Shown here in pieces: positions 24,966-39,319 of a stretch of DNA of 64,000 nt; position 1 is the stretch's first letter; each line of letters begins with the position of its first letter. The notes beneath the pieces were generated by a model. It worked only from the letters and a program-made list of their open reading frames with translations. It ran no database searches and was not told the origin of the DNA. Origin of the DNA: Octopus vulgaris (taxonomy: Eukaryota); the NCBI GenBank assembly GCA_951406725.2, contig OX597833.1:40114001-40178000 (forward strand), in the 5' to 3' direction. Made by a program: the position numbers and the translations under genes.

Positions 24966-26589
24966 ATAAAAGATAAAGCCTGTATTGAGTATTCTTTATT
25001 TTGCCTGTTTCCAAAAGCATGTATACATCAACACACACACACACACACATACACTCACAGAGTCACCCCTCCTCACCAACATACACATTAATACTCTTTT
25101 CCCTGTCACTCTCTGACTCCTCTTTTCAGCTTGTTTATTAATTTCACGATAACAGCTTTTTTTATTGTCCTTGTTGAATACGGTTTGCTCTTTTAAAGAT
25201 ATTTATGATTCACAATTTCTTAAAACGATTTTTATGATAATTTATTATTATACATATATATATATATATATGTTGTTTTTTTTTATCTATTTAGAATTTT
25301 TTCCTTTTTACAATATTATGCACCACCTATGGCTGATTCTTTTTTTAATTTCTGAGTTTTTTCTTCCCTTTTAGCCAATTGGAAAGCATTAATAAATTTT
25401 AATATTTTATCTTTTTTTATGAGGTTTATAACCATGCATTTTTTAAAATAACTTTCATGGTTCTAAGAATATTTGAATATTTATAATTTCAATGATTATT
25501 TGTTTTTGTTTTTTTTTTTTTTTTCATTCAGGTTTATTTTGTCTGTCCTTTTGTTTTTGTTTTTTTTTTTTGTCTTTTCAATATTTTAGTTGTTGTTATC
25601 ATTGCTTGACATATAAATTTTACTAAAATATATTCTAATTGTCATATAGAAGCACATTTTGTGTGTTTCCAGGTGAAAGGCTGGGAATATCATACTGGAC
25701 ATGACTATTTCAGATATTGACTGCATATATCAATAAAGGTCATTTTTTATGTATGTGTGTGTGTGAGAAAGAGAGAGATAGTATAGTTATATAAATCCTC
25801 ATCACCATCATCATCATCGTCATAATCACCATCATCATCATCGTCACAATCATCATCATTTTGATATCTGCTTTTTCATGCTTGCCCAGGTTTGCATGGT
25901 CGTTTATTGAACCAGATTTTCTATGGTTGTTTGCCCTTCTAATTGTCAACCCTCACTTGTTTCAAGGCAAAATAATATTTTTTTTCCCATGTCCAGATAT
26001 GCTTTTGCAGAATACTGGAAATTAATGACACTACTTCCATGATGGTGACACACATTTACATCTTTCACATGATATCAAGACAAAGAAACACAAACGTACC
26101 CACATTCAAAACACACACATTCAAACAAATACATACATACATACATACATACATACACACACGCGCACACACATACATACATACATACACACACACATAC
26201 ATACTCACATACATACATACATATATATATATTCATATATACATACATATGTACATACACATACATACATACATACATACATGCATGCATACATACATAC
26301 ATACATACATACATACATACATACATGCATACATACATACATTCATACATACATACATGCATACATACATGCATACATACATGCATGCATACATACATAC
26401 ATACATACATTCATACATACATACATACATACATACATGCATGCATACATACATACATACTTACATAATACATACATACTTACATACATACATACATACA
26501 TACATACATGCATGCATGCATGCATACATACATACTTACATACATACATACATATGTACATACATACATATATACGTATATACATCTAT

Positions 26590-26906
26590 AATGTACCATC
26601 AAATTTGCACAAAATCCTAGAAATACTTGGTTTCATGGAGAAAGAGCTAAAGAAATCGACATTGATTCTCCAAATCCAATCTATTAGTGGCACGGTGAAG
26701 ATTTGTAAGGCATTTCACAAATTCTCCAGCTGAGATTCTTATGTTAATAGATACACACACTTGGGTGTATACATCGTTAGTTCAGTCAACTCAACCACAT
26801 ATTTATAGACACTGGAAACTCTCTTATCTCAAAAAGTCTCGTTGCTTTGTTAGTGACCGGCTTGAACTCTCTCAAGAAAAACTTAAACAAAACTCAATGA
26901 AAAATC
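26590..26906 (+). mobile_element. RLE-type LINE 3' remnant (family B) inside a (CATA)n array
   Basis: NVPSNLHKILEILGFMEKELKK..LQIQSISGTVKICKAFHKF* plus 3'UTR; (CATA)n on both sides (26130-26575 and 26907-27247). Confidence 0.8.
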
Positions 26907-27218
26907 ATGCATGTATACATACATGCACACATGCATGCATACATACATGCATGCATACATGCATACATGCATGCATACATACATACATACATACATGCAT
27001 GCATACATACATACTTACATAATACATACATACTTACATACATACATACATACATACATACTTACATACATACATACACACATACACACACACATACATA
27101 CATACATACATGCATACATACATACATACATACATACATGCATGCATGCATGCATGCATACATACATACATACATACATACATACATACATACATACATA
27201 CATACATACATACATACA

Positions 27219-27251
<33 letters not shown>

Positions 27252-27971
27252 GTGGTAGCATTCTTTCAGTTTCCATCTACCAACTCTCACAAGGCCTTGA
27301 TCAGCCCAGGGTGTATTAGAAGACACTTTCTCACCATACCATTCTATGAAATTGAACCTGAATCCATTGGTTAATATATTCCTAGAAACACTTTATTTAA
27401 TATAAAGACTTGATTGGCAGGGATGGAATACCTTGACTCACCATTTCTGTCAATCAAATTCCTTTCACATGATATTGGTTAACACAAGACATGGTTATGA
27501 ATATTTGCAATGGCATTGTAGTGAGATCTAGAATTTTCATTCCTAGACCAAGACCTCACATTTTCAGTTACCAGTTACAACCACATTTAGGTCAGGTAAT
27601 TCTCCCTTATTACTGACCAATCAGAAATATCACACCACACAAAAGAACTTTCTATGAGTTTCTAGAGGTTTCCCATGCTTTTTGTAGTATTAAAGTGAAA
27701 GCCCACCATGATCAAACCAGAGCACAGACCTGCATAGCAGAAGCAACTAGTCCTTACAACGTCAGGTTTCCCTTTACAGAATTTCAGTCCAGGGTAAAAA
27801 GGAGTTCTTCAATAATGTTTATCAAATATTTTTCTTGTCTCAGGAAGCAATAACTTTTTCTGTTCGCAATTTCATTACAGCTAAGTTCGATTCTAGCTTT
27901 CTACAATCCACTACTGGAAAACTTTCATGTATAAATGTAAATATTGTAACATCCTGAATAACAAATAAATC

Positions 27972-28182
27972 TACAAGAGGGTGCTGAACAGTTTCTGGTT
28001 TTAAAGGTATTGCAAAAGGCTTGGCTGGAGGCCCAGCCTTCCAAGTTTTAATTTTTTTTACAGGGTTTGCAAAAACTGAAGGGCCACTGCAATAAGGGTG
28101 TGAATCTGAGTGGGGAATATGTTGAATAAAATCATAATTAACTGATCCGCATGTATTTTCTTTTACATTTCAGCACCTGCTC
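27972..28182. mobile_element. Mariner-type MITE, decayed
   Basis: TACAAGAGGGTGCTGAACAGTTTC...TTTCAGCACCTGCTCATA, with mariner 3'-like GGGGAATATGTTGAATAAAA. Confidence 0.55.
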
Positions 28183-29129
28183 ATATTTCAGCTATGTGCC
28201 CACTTGGTTTGTTTTGGGGATGACACACCACCAACTAATACCAACTCAATGACCCATACAACTAAGCCTGACATAGTTTTGAAGTGAAATTCCACAATTA
28301 CAAAGCTATGCCTTTTATTGCCTTTCCTTCTTTTGTCTTATTCTCTAGCTTGGTATTTTTTTTTGTTCTTTCTTCCTTTTGTCTTTCCTTCTTTTCCTTT
28401 TTATTCATTTCCCTCTTTTCCTTTCTTTCATTTAGTCCTTATTTATTCCTTCCATCATTCTGTCCACCCAAAATCCCTTCCTCTCTTCTGTCATACCATC
28501 TTTCTCACCCATCTCATTCCATTATTTCTCCAATCCAATTCCTTTGGTTCTTTACGTTAAATTAATCAGATATAATTATTGGTGGTGCACTGGCAGAATC
28601 ATTCAAGCATCAGAAAGAAAGAAAAATACTTTGCAATGTTCCTTTATGCTCTGAGTTCAAATCTCACCAATGCTAACTATTCCTTTCAGAGTCAAGTAAA
28701 TAAAGTTCAATTCAAGCATTGTGTCCAAATTAGAAGCTATTGTCATTGTTCATTACACAACGTGGATCTAAAATATTCATTTTAGTTGTTTGTTTTTTTC
28801 TTCAAACGGTCAAACTTTACGAAAAGACCTTTGACAAAATATCTTGTCTTAAGAGGAAAACTTTTAAAGGACTCATATGTCCTGATTCTATCCATTTCAG
28901 GGAATATACCGTTTTTTTTGTTTTTTTTACATGATTGAAACCAATTCTCCAATGATAGATAGTATGACTTACATCTTTGCTGATAAGCATTCTTGAAATA
29001 TTTATTTTTAATTTAGTTCATTTTGAGATCTTTTCTACTTCTTTATCTGCAATGCTTTTTTCCTGAAGTGTTTGCAACATCCATTATGATGTTTTCTATT
29101 TTTTTCCATGTCATATATAATTGATATTT

Positions 29130-30205
29130 TGTCTATGGTGTTCAATTATTCTTAGTATCTGTCTGTCAAAATCCAAAGAAGCTTCACCAGTTTCATTTTG
29201 GTACATGTTTGTAACATTCTTCTGAAGTGCTATCCATATTTCTTACAGTGACCCATACAAATTGAGACAGACCTTATTATGCCATCACTTGAATTCTTTC
29301 TAAGCTAATATTTTTACAACCTACCAACACACTCTAAGCATCACTCTTTAAATTTCCATTTCAGAGCCATTCCCTTCCTACATCATGATTTTTCATATTC
29401 TTGGATTTTTCATATTTCTGTGGAACTATTTATGTTACTGCATTTCTTTTAGTACTTCCTTTCTTGAAAAGAAAATTATCCTACTTTGATATACATTTTT
29501 CTTCTTCAAGCTAAACACAAGTCCTAGTTCTGTGACAGCATCTTTAAGTAGTTCTTCTTCCCTTTTTGTAAGACAGTAATTTACTGACCATTTGCTCTAG
29601 GTAACTGACAATCAGAAATGCCAATAAGTCCTTCCCATTCAACTTACCATTCCACGTACAAATGAATGACATTTGTCTAATGCATCATCTTCAGTTCTTT
29701 TCTCTCAATTCCCTAGTCCAGTATTATAAAATATGATAGCAACTGCCTGTGTATTGATCACATTAATCAAATCCCTTGAATTAAGTAGGGACTTCAGTAC
29801 TCACTTTAATCTTTTCAAATATATTATTGTCTTCACTTTTTCTTCATTTCTTTTTGCATGATGCTATCAAGTTTCTGTATACCGAGATACATGTATCCAT
29901 TTTCATCAAGTTCTAAGACGTGTACTTCCAATAAAACTATTCCATTATAATGGGTTTCCCTCCCTCTCTTGGTGACTAAAGTCATACATTTTAATACACC
30001 AAATTCTGTTTTAATATCACTGCAAAACATCTTTACTGTTTTAACAAGTGAATTAATCAATCTTGTATTTCTGAATTTGAGAATGTTTTGAAGTCATTCC
30101 AAGAAGATATATCTCTCCCTTGTTTGTAGCTAACGTTGGTAACACTGAGGCAGATAATAAATAACAAAGGTTGGTAAGAATTGTCTTGGAAGTTGTCTTT
30201 TTTTA
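29130..30205 (-). mobile_element. Decayed R4/Dong-like LINE RT fragment
   Basis: Minus-strand LVKTVKMFCSDIKTEFGVLKC..KRG..YMYLG, homologous to 4980-5200. Confidence 0.75.
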
Positions 30206-30316
30206 ATGGCTTTTACTCATCATTCAGTTCATTTTCCACTGTTTTGTGCAAGCAGTGAGGAAGTTAATACAATGATGATGATCATCATCATCACCGTCAT
30301 CATCATTGTCATCATT

Positions 30317-30372
<56 letters not shown>

Positions 30373-32581
30373 TATTATGAGTTTTTCTTCTTTCAATTTT
30401 GTTTCCATTTTTTTGCTGAATGTCTTCCTGACACCTAGGGCAAAGAAATTCACTGTACACATTGAAAGGTCATTAAACTAACCACACCAGATTCTTCATT
30501 TCCAAAATGAAATGAAGTTATGTGAAAAAAAAAAAAATTAAGTACATGGGTGATAATTGTTCTCACATCAAGAATGCCCTTCTTGATATGTGTGAGGTAC
30601 AAATTAAAATTATCTTTTGCACTTCTTAAAGGGATCATTCTCGGTGCTCCTATAGTCACTGGTTATTATTATTATTATCATCATCATCATCATCATTATT
30701 ATTATTATTATTTAACAGGTAAAGACCCCCTTTGGTCATGAATGACCATGGGATTGCACCTAGAAATATACCCTTCGAGGTACAAGTCCAGACAGGGCTG
30801 TTTATGGAGGACCAGCTGTCACCCATGCATACCAGCCTCCCCTCTCTACATCACCAATGTTATCAAAGGGAAAGGCAAGGGCTTGGTACCAGTGACATTG
30901 CAACTCATTTCTACAGATGAGTGACCTGAAGCAACGTGAAATAAAGTGCCTTGCTCAAGAACACAACTCAAATAGCAGAAGACACATGCCCAAGGTATCA
31001 CAAAGTGGGACTAAACCCAAAACCATGCGGTTAAGAAGCAAGATTCTTATCACACAGCCATTCCTGGTGACAATTTTAAACTAACAAGACCTGGGTGGGA
31101 AAGAACTTCCTTTAAGAAAACATTCAAACATGATCGATATCAGGGCCATAAAAAGCACCATCCAAATGTAGCCGATGCCAGTACCCACTGACTGGCTCCC
31201 GTGCCATTGGCACGTAAAAAGCACTATCCGAATGTGACTGATGCTAGGCCCACTTGACTGGCTCCTGTGCTAGGGACATATAAAAAGCACCTACTTACAC
31301 TCTCGAAGTGGTTGACATTAGGAAGGGCATCCAGCTGTAGAAACATTGCCAGACAAGGTTGGAACTTGGTGCAGCTGCTGGCTCCCCAGACCCCTGTCAA
31401 ACCATCCAACCCATGCTGCTGCTGCTGATTGTTGTTGTTGCTAAGCAACAAGACAGGTAAGGGTGATTAGGTGATGGTCTAGGAGTTAGGGGCAAGAGAC
31501 CCCAGACCTTGGAAAAAAACTTTTGTCGTCTTGTTGTAGTCAAGGGCTCTTCGTTGATGCCTGACACCACTGGGAGGTGGCCCTCGAAGTTGCTGGAAAT
31601 GGAGATCTCCAGGTCCAAATTCTTGAACAGCTGCTGTTGATGATGATGATATGACACACTGTAGCAACAGAGCTGAAAGAGGAAGAATCCAACTGGAAAC
31701 AGACAGAAAAGACAGCCCAGGAAACAGTGAAGAAAAGTCATGAATGGCCATGCTCCACAGGAATTGAAAGGCTTAAGTGAATCAAAGCAATTGTATGTAT
31801 GTGCATGTGCCCTTGTGGCAAATAAAGAAAGGCTTACTGCAATTATTTTCCTTCCTCTTTCCTTTCTCCCTTGCATTTAATCTGTCTTCTTCTTATTTCC
31901 CCTTCTTCTTCTTCCTCCTTCTTAAATGAAATATTTTAATTTCTTCTATTTTCCATTCCAATTCCAATTCTATAAGTTACATTTTACATGGAAAGAGGGG
32001 AAAAATTAAATTTTTTTCAAATATAATTTTGTAATACTTATATTTAATTTTTTAGAAGGACCTTGTACCGTGCCAAAAAAAATGGGTCAATTCTCATGAA
32101 ATAATATGTATTCAAATTTATTTTGTTTGGTTTTGTAAAGTTTTTATTACATTATGTTTTTCATCTCTTTCCTTTTACTTTCGAATTAGTGTGGTAAAGT
32201 TTATGTACAATCTACATTTTTCTTATTATCCTTTTCCTTCCTTACACAAAATTCTTTTCTTCAAAAATTTCATAAGGATTCTTTTTTTTTTTTCATTTCT
32301 ACATTATATTTACAGGCTTTCATTTTTTCTTGATATTCATTGTTCCTATGTATTATACCCTTTTTTTATTATCTTTTATTATTTATTAACAAATGATTTG
32401 ATTTGATTTCATTGTGTATTATTTTTCTTATCATTGTATTGTTGTTTTATATAAATATATTTTTAGATATATACATACATACAAACACACACACAACAAT
32501 GTGTAAATATATATATATATGTGTGTGTGTGTAAATATACATATATATATATATGTAAATATATATATATGTAAATATAGA

Positions 32582-32649
<68 letters not shown>

Positions 32650-33139
32650 TATACATATATATACATATATATATATTTTATTTAATAGCAGTTTGATTCA
32701 GCTCCATGCAGCTTAAAGACTTAAAGTCTTGTTGATTCATCAAACTTATCTTATCAGAGGTATGTATGTATGTATGTATGTATGTATGTATGTATGTATG
32801 TATGTATGTATGTATGTATGTATGTATGTATGTATGTATCTACCTTTTTACTTGTTTCAGTCATCTGACTGCAGCCATGCTGGAGCACCACCTGGAAGGG
32901 TTTTTAAGTCAAACAAATCAACCCCAAGACTTATTCTTTGTAAGCCTAGTACTTATTCTATTGGTCTCTTTTAGGGAACAGCTAAGTTACGGGGACATAA
33001 ACCCACCAACACCGATTGTCAAGCAATGATGGGGGACAAAAACACACACAAACAGACACAAACACATAGATATAAACATATATATACACACACTCACACA
33101 CACGTACACATGCACACACAAACACACATATATATATAC

Positions 33140-34100
33140 ATCACCATCATTTAACATCTATTGTCCATGCTGGCATGGGTTGGACAGTTTGATCAGGGCT
33201 GGCAAGCTGGAAGGCTGCACTAGACTCCAGTATGATCTGGCATGGTTTCTATGGCTGGAAGCCCTTCCTAATGTCAACCACTCCAAGAATGTAATGGGTG
33301 CTTTATGTGCCACCAGCATGGGTGCCATTTACATGACACCAGCTACAACTGCGATTTTACTTGGCTTGATGGGTCTTCTTCTCAAGAACAGCATAATGCC
33401 AAAGGTTTCAGTCATTGCCTCCATGAGACCCAAAGGAGCTTAGACATGAGACCCAAAGGAGCTTAGACATTTGGCCTCTGTGAGGCCCAGTGCTCAAAAG
33501 GTGCTTTTTACATGTCACCAGCATGGGTATCAGTTACAGGACACTGGCATCAACCACAACTAGGATTTCACTTGGCTTGACAGGTCTTCTCAAGCACAGC
33601 ATATCGCTAAAGATCTTAGTCACTAGTCATTGCCTCTGTGAGGCCCAAAGTTCGAAGATCATGCTTCACCACTTCATCCCATATCGTCTTGGGTCTACCT
33701 CTACCACAGGTTCCCTCCACTGTTTTTCTTACACAGATGTCCTTGTCCATATGCATCATATGACTATACCAGCACAGTCGTCTCTCTTGCCCACCAATCT
33801 GATTTCGCTTATGCTCAACTTTTTTGTCATGTAGTATAGCTGTTCACACATAGCTATGCTACATCTGCCGTTCACTCTGAAAGAGAGATCCTTTGTTGCC
33901 AGCAGAAGTTAGAGCTCTCTGAACTTTGCCCAGCCTAATCTTATTCTGACAGCTATGCTCTCAGAGCATCCACCTCCACTACTAACTTGATCACCTAGAT
34001 AACAGAAGCTATCTACTACCTTTAGCACAATCCCCTGGCAGTTGATAGAGTCTATTTTCTGTACATTTTCGGTGTTTATTATACCTGTGCATCTTCCATA
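33140..34100 (-). mobile_element. RTE LINE 3' fragment (same family as 46.9 kb)
   Basis: Reverse complement of VVDSFCYLGDQVSSGGGCSESIAVRIRLGWAKFREL..LLATK, followed by the 3'UTR. Confidence 0.85.
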
Positions 34101-34110
34101 AGTATGTATG

Positions 34111-34147
<37 letters not shown>

Positions 34148-34454
34148 CAGACTTCTTTCACTTTCTGTTTACCAAATCCACTGACAAGTCTTTGGTGAGT
34201 CCGAGGCTATAGTAGAAGACATTTGCCCAAAGTACCATGCAGTAGGACTGAATCCAGAACCATGTGGTTGGAAAGCAAGCTTCTTAACATACAGCCACAT
34301 ATATATATCGTCAGACCCCAAGACCTGTTGGCCTAAGACCTCTTTAAAATATGGAGGGTAAAGGCCTTGTTACAAATGTAAACGAGGGGATTATATCCCT
34401 TTCTACTTCTTAGAGTGTGCTTCTTCTCCAGATTTATGTTTTCTAAAAAAGATA

Positions 34455-34592
34455 CAGAGGTTGGACAAAGCAATGGAAACACCTAGCATCATAGAATTCA
34501 AGCTGTAATTACTGCCAAAGGCGGTCCTATTCCATATTAAAATAGATTTATTTGAAATTTTAAGGTGTTTCCATTATTTTGTCCAACCCTTG
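34455..34592. mobile_element. Tc1-like MITE
   Basis: TA|CAGAGGTTGGACAAAGCAATGGAAACACCT...AGGTGTTTCCATTATTTTGTCCAACCCTTG|TA. Confidence 0.85.
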
Positions 34593-35932
34593 TATATACA
34601 CACCTGGCTTCAGACTCTGTGCTTTCTACTATAATTCTTGTGAGTGGATTTGGTTGAGAAAAAATGAAAGAAGTCCATCGTATATAAATATATAGAGAGA
34701 GACTTTTATATGTGTGTATGTTTATATATGCATGTATGTGTGTTCATGTGTGTGTGTGTGTGTATGTATATGTGAATGTGTTTATGTTTGTTTCCTTGTC
34801 TTCACATCACATGAGAGTTGTAAATGAGTGTCACTGCCATACAAGCAGTGTTGTTCATTTCCCTGAATAAAACATGTCTTACTGTGAGGAAGTATTTCCT
34901 TGCTAGGAAACCGGTGAGGGTTGGTGACAGAAGGGGCATCCAGCTACAGAAAATCTGCCTCAAAAAAATTTGTTCAACCCATGTAAGCTTGGAAACAAAT
35001 GGACATTAAAATGATGCTGATGATGATGATGATTATGATGATTATGATATATGCATACACACATATGTGCATATGTATGTGTACGTATATATATATATAT
35101 ATATATATATATAGGTGTAGCACATGCATGTACACACATACACACACACAACACACACACACACACCACACACACACACACACATGCACACATAGACACA
35201 CACGCATACATGCACGTCCACACACACACACAGAAACACACACAGCCACAGCCATCTCCCACACACACACACATACACACACACACATACCGACCATCTT
35301 CACACTCTCCTGTCCCAGAAAGTACTTTCTCTTTGTCCTTCTACTCCTGGTCACTTCAAAAATTTAACCATACGTGGATTATTGGTGACTTTTTTTCCTT
35401 CCTTCTTTTCCTTTTAGACTTCCCTGTTTTTCCTGTTTCCAAAGAAGTGCTATGCTCAAAACATAAAACAACTACTCTTTTCCTTCTCCGAGTGTCATAT
35501 TAATACTTTGCTTGTCCTCATGCTTTTTTATCTTTTTTTCTTTTCTTTTTTCCCTTTTTTCTGTTTTTTGAATTAACTATATACATATATATATGTACAT
35601 ATATGTATATATATATATATATATATAATGCATATATATATGTATCTGTGTTTGTGTGTGTATGTATGTGTGTACATGTGTGCAAGCATATGTATGCATG
35701 TGTATGTGTGCATGGATATGTGTGCATGCACATGTATGTGTGTGCATATGTGTGTATGTGTCAAGGTAACTTCCTTGCCATAAAGATTATAAATATTTCA
35801 CAACTAGAAGTAATTTAGCATTCACGCACACACACACACACACTCACACACACACACACACTCACACCCACACACACACATACGGTAATTAAATTGGAAC
35901 ATATTCTAATTAGAAATAGAATCATCCCATTA

Positions 35933-35999
<67 letters not shown>

Positions 36000-36419
36000 C
36001 ATTGTTATTATATTTGTTGTTACACTTTCTTGTCATTTCTTTTCAATGCTTCAGCATCACTGGAATTTTTTTTTTTACTGGAAACAAAAAACAAAAAAAC
36101 ACCAGTTTGCTTCACTAAAAAATCTAATTTTACTATCAAGAATTTTCTTGCAAAGTTAAGCTTATTATTGTAATGTAATGAAGCAACATTTTGTAGACAT
36201 ATACACAAGCACAAACACACATACACACAAACATACACATGAACAGATATATGCATAAACAGACGCACACATATGTACATACAAACATTTTGTGTGCGTG
36301 CATATATGTTTGTGTTCATTTCTGTACGTATGTGCATGTGGATTTGTGAGACCTTGTGCATGTTGTATATCTGTATATAAATGCACACACACATATGTGG
36401 TGCATGTATGTGTGTAAAT

Positions 36420-36688
36420 GTATTTTTAATTATTTGAAATCTTCCTGTGAGGAATGAGCAGTTTCTAGCAAAGATACAAAGCTTCATCATTGGAATATAG
36501 ATAACGAAAACAAATTCACATTTTGAATGTGTGAAAAGTTTTGCATATTTTTACTGTTCCATGTACAGATAATATCCAAAATGTGCAGATTAGCTGGTTG
36601 ATTTGTTTTTCTGAAAACCCCATCCTATATTGAATTTCACTTAGGTATTTACTCCCTAAACAAAGTGCTCCAATTATTATTGGTATAG
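36420..36688 (-). mobile_element. RLE-type LINE 3' remnant (family B)
   Basis: PIIIGALCLGSKYL..MGFSEKQINQLI....LSVHGTVKICKTFHTFKM*; truncated by a SINE at 36688. Confidence 0.75.
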
Positions 36689-36860
36689 GCGTAGGAATGG
36701 CTGTGTGGTAAGTAGCTTGCTTACCAACCACATGGTTCCAGGTTCAGTCCCACTGATGGCACCTTGGGCAAGTGTCTTCTACTATAGCCTCGGGCTGACC
36801 ATAGCCTTGTGAGTGGCTGATTTGGTAGACAGAATCTGAAAGAAGCCCGTTGTATATATG

Positions 36861-36909
<49 letters not shown>

Positions 36910-37048
36910 GCCATCTAAGAGTCCATAAGTGAGGGAAAAATGCATTCATATATCTGTCAGTAGAGTGTCATATATCTGTCAATCGAAGTGTACAGTGTGT
37001 GTATATATATATATATATATATGTGCATGTTTGTGTGTGTGTGTGGGG

Positions 37049-37189
<141 letters not shown>

Positions 37190-37461
37190 GTTTCTTTATT
37201 AGCCACGGAGGGCCAAACACAGAGAAGACAAAATACAATGTAAGAGCTTTTCCTTTCGAAAATAGAAAAAAGAAGGAAAAAAATAAAATTCCAGTCAAAA
37301 AAGGGATCATGAGAAAAAGAAAACGATCAAGAGGGATCATGTATCACAGAAAATTTTAAAAGTGTAAAAAGCATGATTGGGTTTATCTATGGAAATAAAA
37401 GCCTATGGAAAAGACCGCACTAACCTCAGGCAGGGAGGGAATAAACACAAGAGAGCAAAAT

Positions 37462-37524
<63 letters not shown>

Positions 37525-38145
37525 TACAGGATCATGCTCAATGTGGTTTCACCACTCGCATGCACCATCTTTGCTACATTCACCCACCTTTTATTGAAAC
37601 TTTCATGAGACAAAACCTGCCTCTCTATTCTCACCTTCCTTTTCAAGTGGTACTTGAAAAAGTTGATGAGCGATTGGCCAGAGAGGTAAGTGTTTGTCTC
37701 TAAACCTTTCACTCGAGTCCACCACACACATTCTTTCACCATGGCCACCAGTACAATGAAGACTGCTTTTCCTTCCCAGTTGAGGGAAGGTGGTGAAGCA
37801 ATTTTCACAATACACTCAGGCAGACTCATCCCACACATGACAGCAGCCATTCGGCATAAGCTCACAGGTCCAAAATGGTTAGACACTGCACGAGTGCATG
37901 CAGAACAGTGTTGTCACTCTGACCACATCTTGGGCAAGTCTGTCCGGTGTGTCTTGATCTGTACATGTAGAGCTTATCCCAAATGGGTAATGCTTCTTGA
38001 CAGCACTGCCAAGTCAGGGATCTTTGGTGATTGTCCCTAGTTCCCAGCCCAAAAGTTGACCTGAACAGGCAGGTCAGGTGTTTCTTGTCGACACCAAGAT
38101 TCTGCCCAAGAACGTCGTTGCACTGGGAACTACTCAAAAAAATTG
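37190..38145 (-). mobile_element. L1/Tx1-clade LINE 3' end
   Basis: zf-RVT: WQCCQEALPIWDKL...TCPRCGQSDNTVLHALVQC; LVAMVKECVWWTR; 3'UTR with AATAAA then (TCTA)n; interrupted by (CT)n at about 37463-37518. Confidence 0.85.
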
Positions 38146-38164
38146 ACAAAAGAAATATAATGGA

Positions 38165-38527
38165 CTAGCACTATGACCCAGCAACGCCAGGTCATAGTGC
38201 TAGTGCATGCATATACAGCTGCGGGCTTGTGCACATACACATGAGTATTGTCCAAATCTCCGAGCAATCACATACAGCTAGCTGGCATTCAATTAGCGTA
38301 TCAAGTTTCAGGCCTTTTGATGGGGTTTTGGATAGAAAATTCACAAAAAATCACTTCTATTGATTTTTTTAATGGCTTTGCAGGGTGACTGGGAAATGTA
38401 AAGATGTGCACGACCACCCTTGGATGGTTTTAAATGACCATAGAAAGTGCGAGCCCTCTAACTGAAAAATTGTGGATTTGTATAAAGAACACACACGCAG
38501 ACATTTTGCCATTTATATATATAGAGA
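38165..38527 (-). mobile_element. Non-autonomous Helitron
   Basis: On the minus strand: A|TCTCTATATATATAAA 5' end; terminal 15-bp hairpin ACTAGCACTATGACC...GGTCATAGTGCTAGT ending in CTAG|T. Confidence 0.8.
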
Positions 38528-39194
38528 TTATTGATAGAATTCAGTCTATTTAAGATGATAAAATGACTTCTAAATTTGTCCTCTGAGTTATAAATCTAAT
38601 CTTGCTCCACTCATCTAACAAAAGTTAAGCACACACATCTAACAACTATGCTCCTCTCATTTAACAAATATTATTCCATTCATCTAACAAACCATACTCC
38701 ACTCTCCTAACACACTTTACTCCACTCAGCTAACAAGCCTTTACTTCACTCATCTATCAAAACTTTACTTTATTCACATCTGAATAGTCATTTGTCAGAG
38801 CTATACAACATCGTTTTCTAGGTTTAGCCAACCACCTTCTCTATTTTTCTGTCTCGCTCTCTCACTCTCTCTTTTTTTCTCTCTCTCTCTCTCTCCCTCT
38901 CCCTCTCCTTCCCTCTCTATCTCTCTCTGATCACTTAATAATTATTTGACTTATTAAATATTGAGTCATCTCTGTTATTCCTCTTGTATGGCAATTAATA
39001 ATCACAATTAATTCAACTGTAAAATGCCAGTAGAGAAGATGAAAACAATATAACATTAGATTAATTACTTTATATTAATTAGTTTCATATCTCACCTTAC
39101 TGTTCTCACTTCATCTCCTCTTGGACATTGTCTTAACCACCTCTCTTTCATCCTCTCTATCTGTCAGTCTGTCTGTTTATCTATCTTTCTAGCA

Positions 39195-39319
<125 letters not shown>

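Noticed and set aside
31397-31876. 159-aa minus ORF as a host exon
   Set aside because: The + strand resembles decayed RTE C-terminal/3' sequence with a (GAT)n tail; the ORF spans unrelated repeat pieces.
33422-33470. 23-bp tandem duplication (similar at 36947, 43886, 45748, 60447)
   Set aside because: Simple local slippage duplications within repeats; no further structure.
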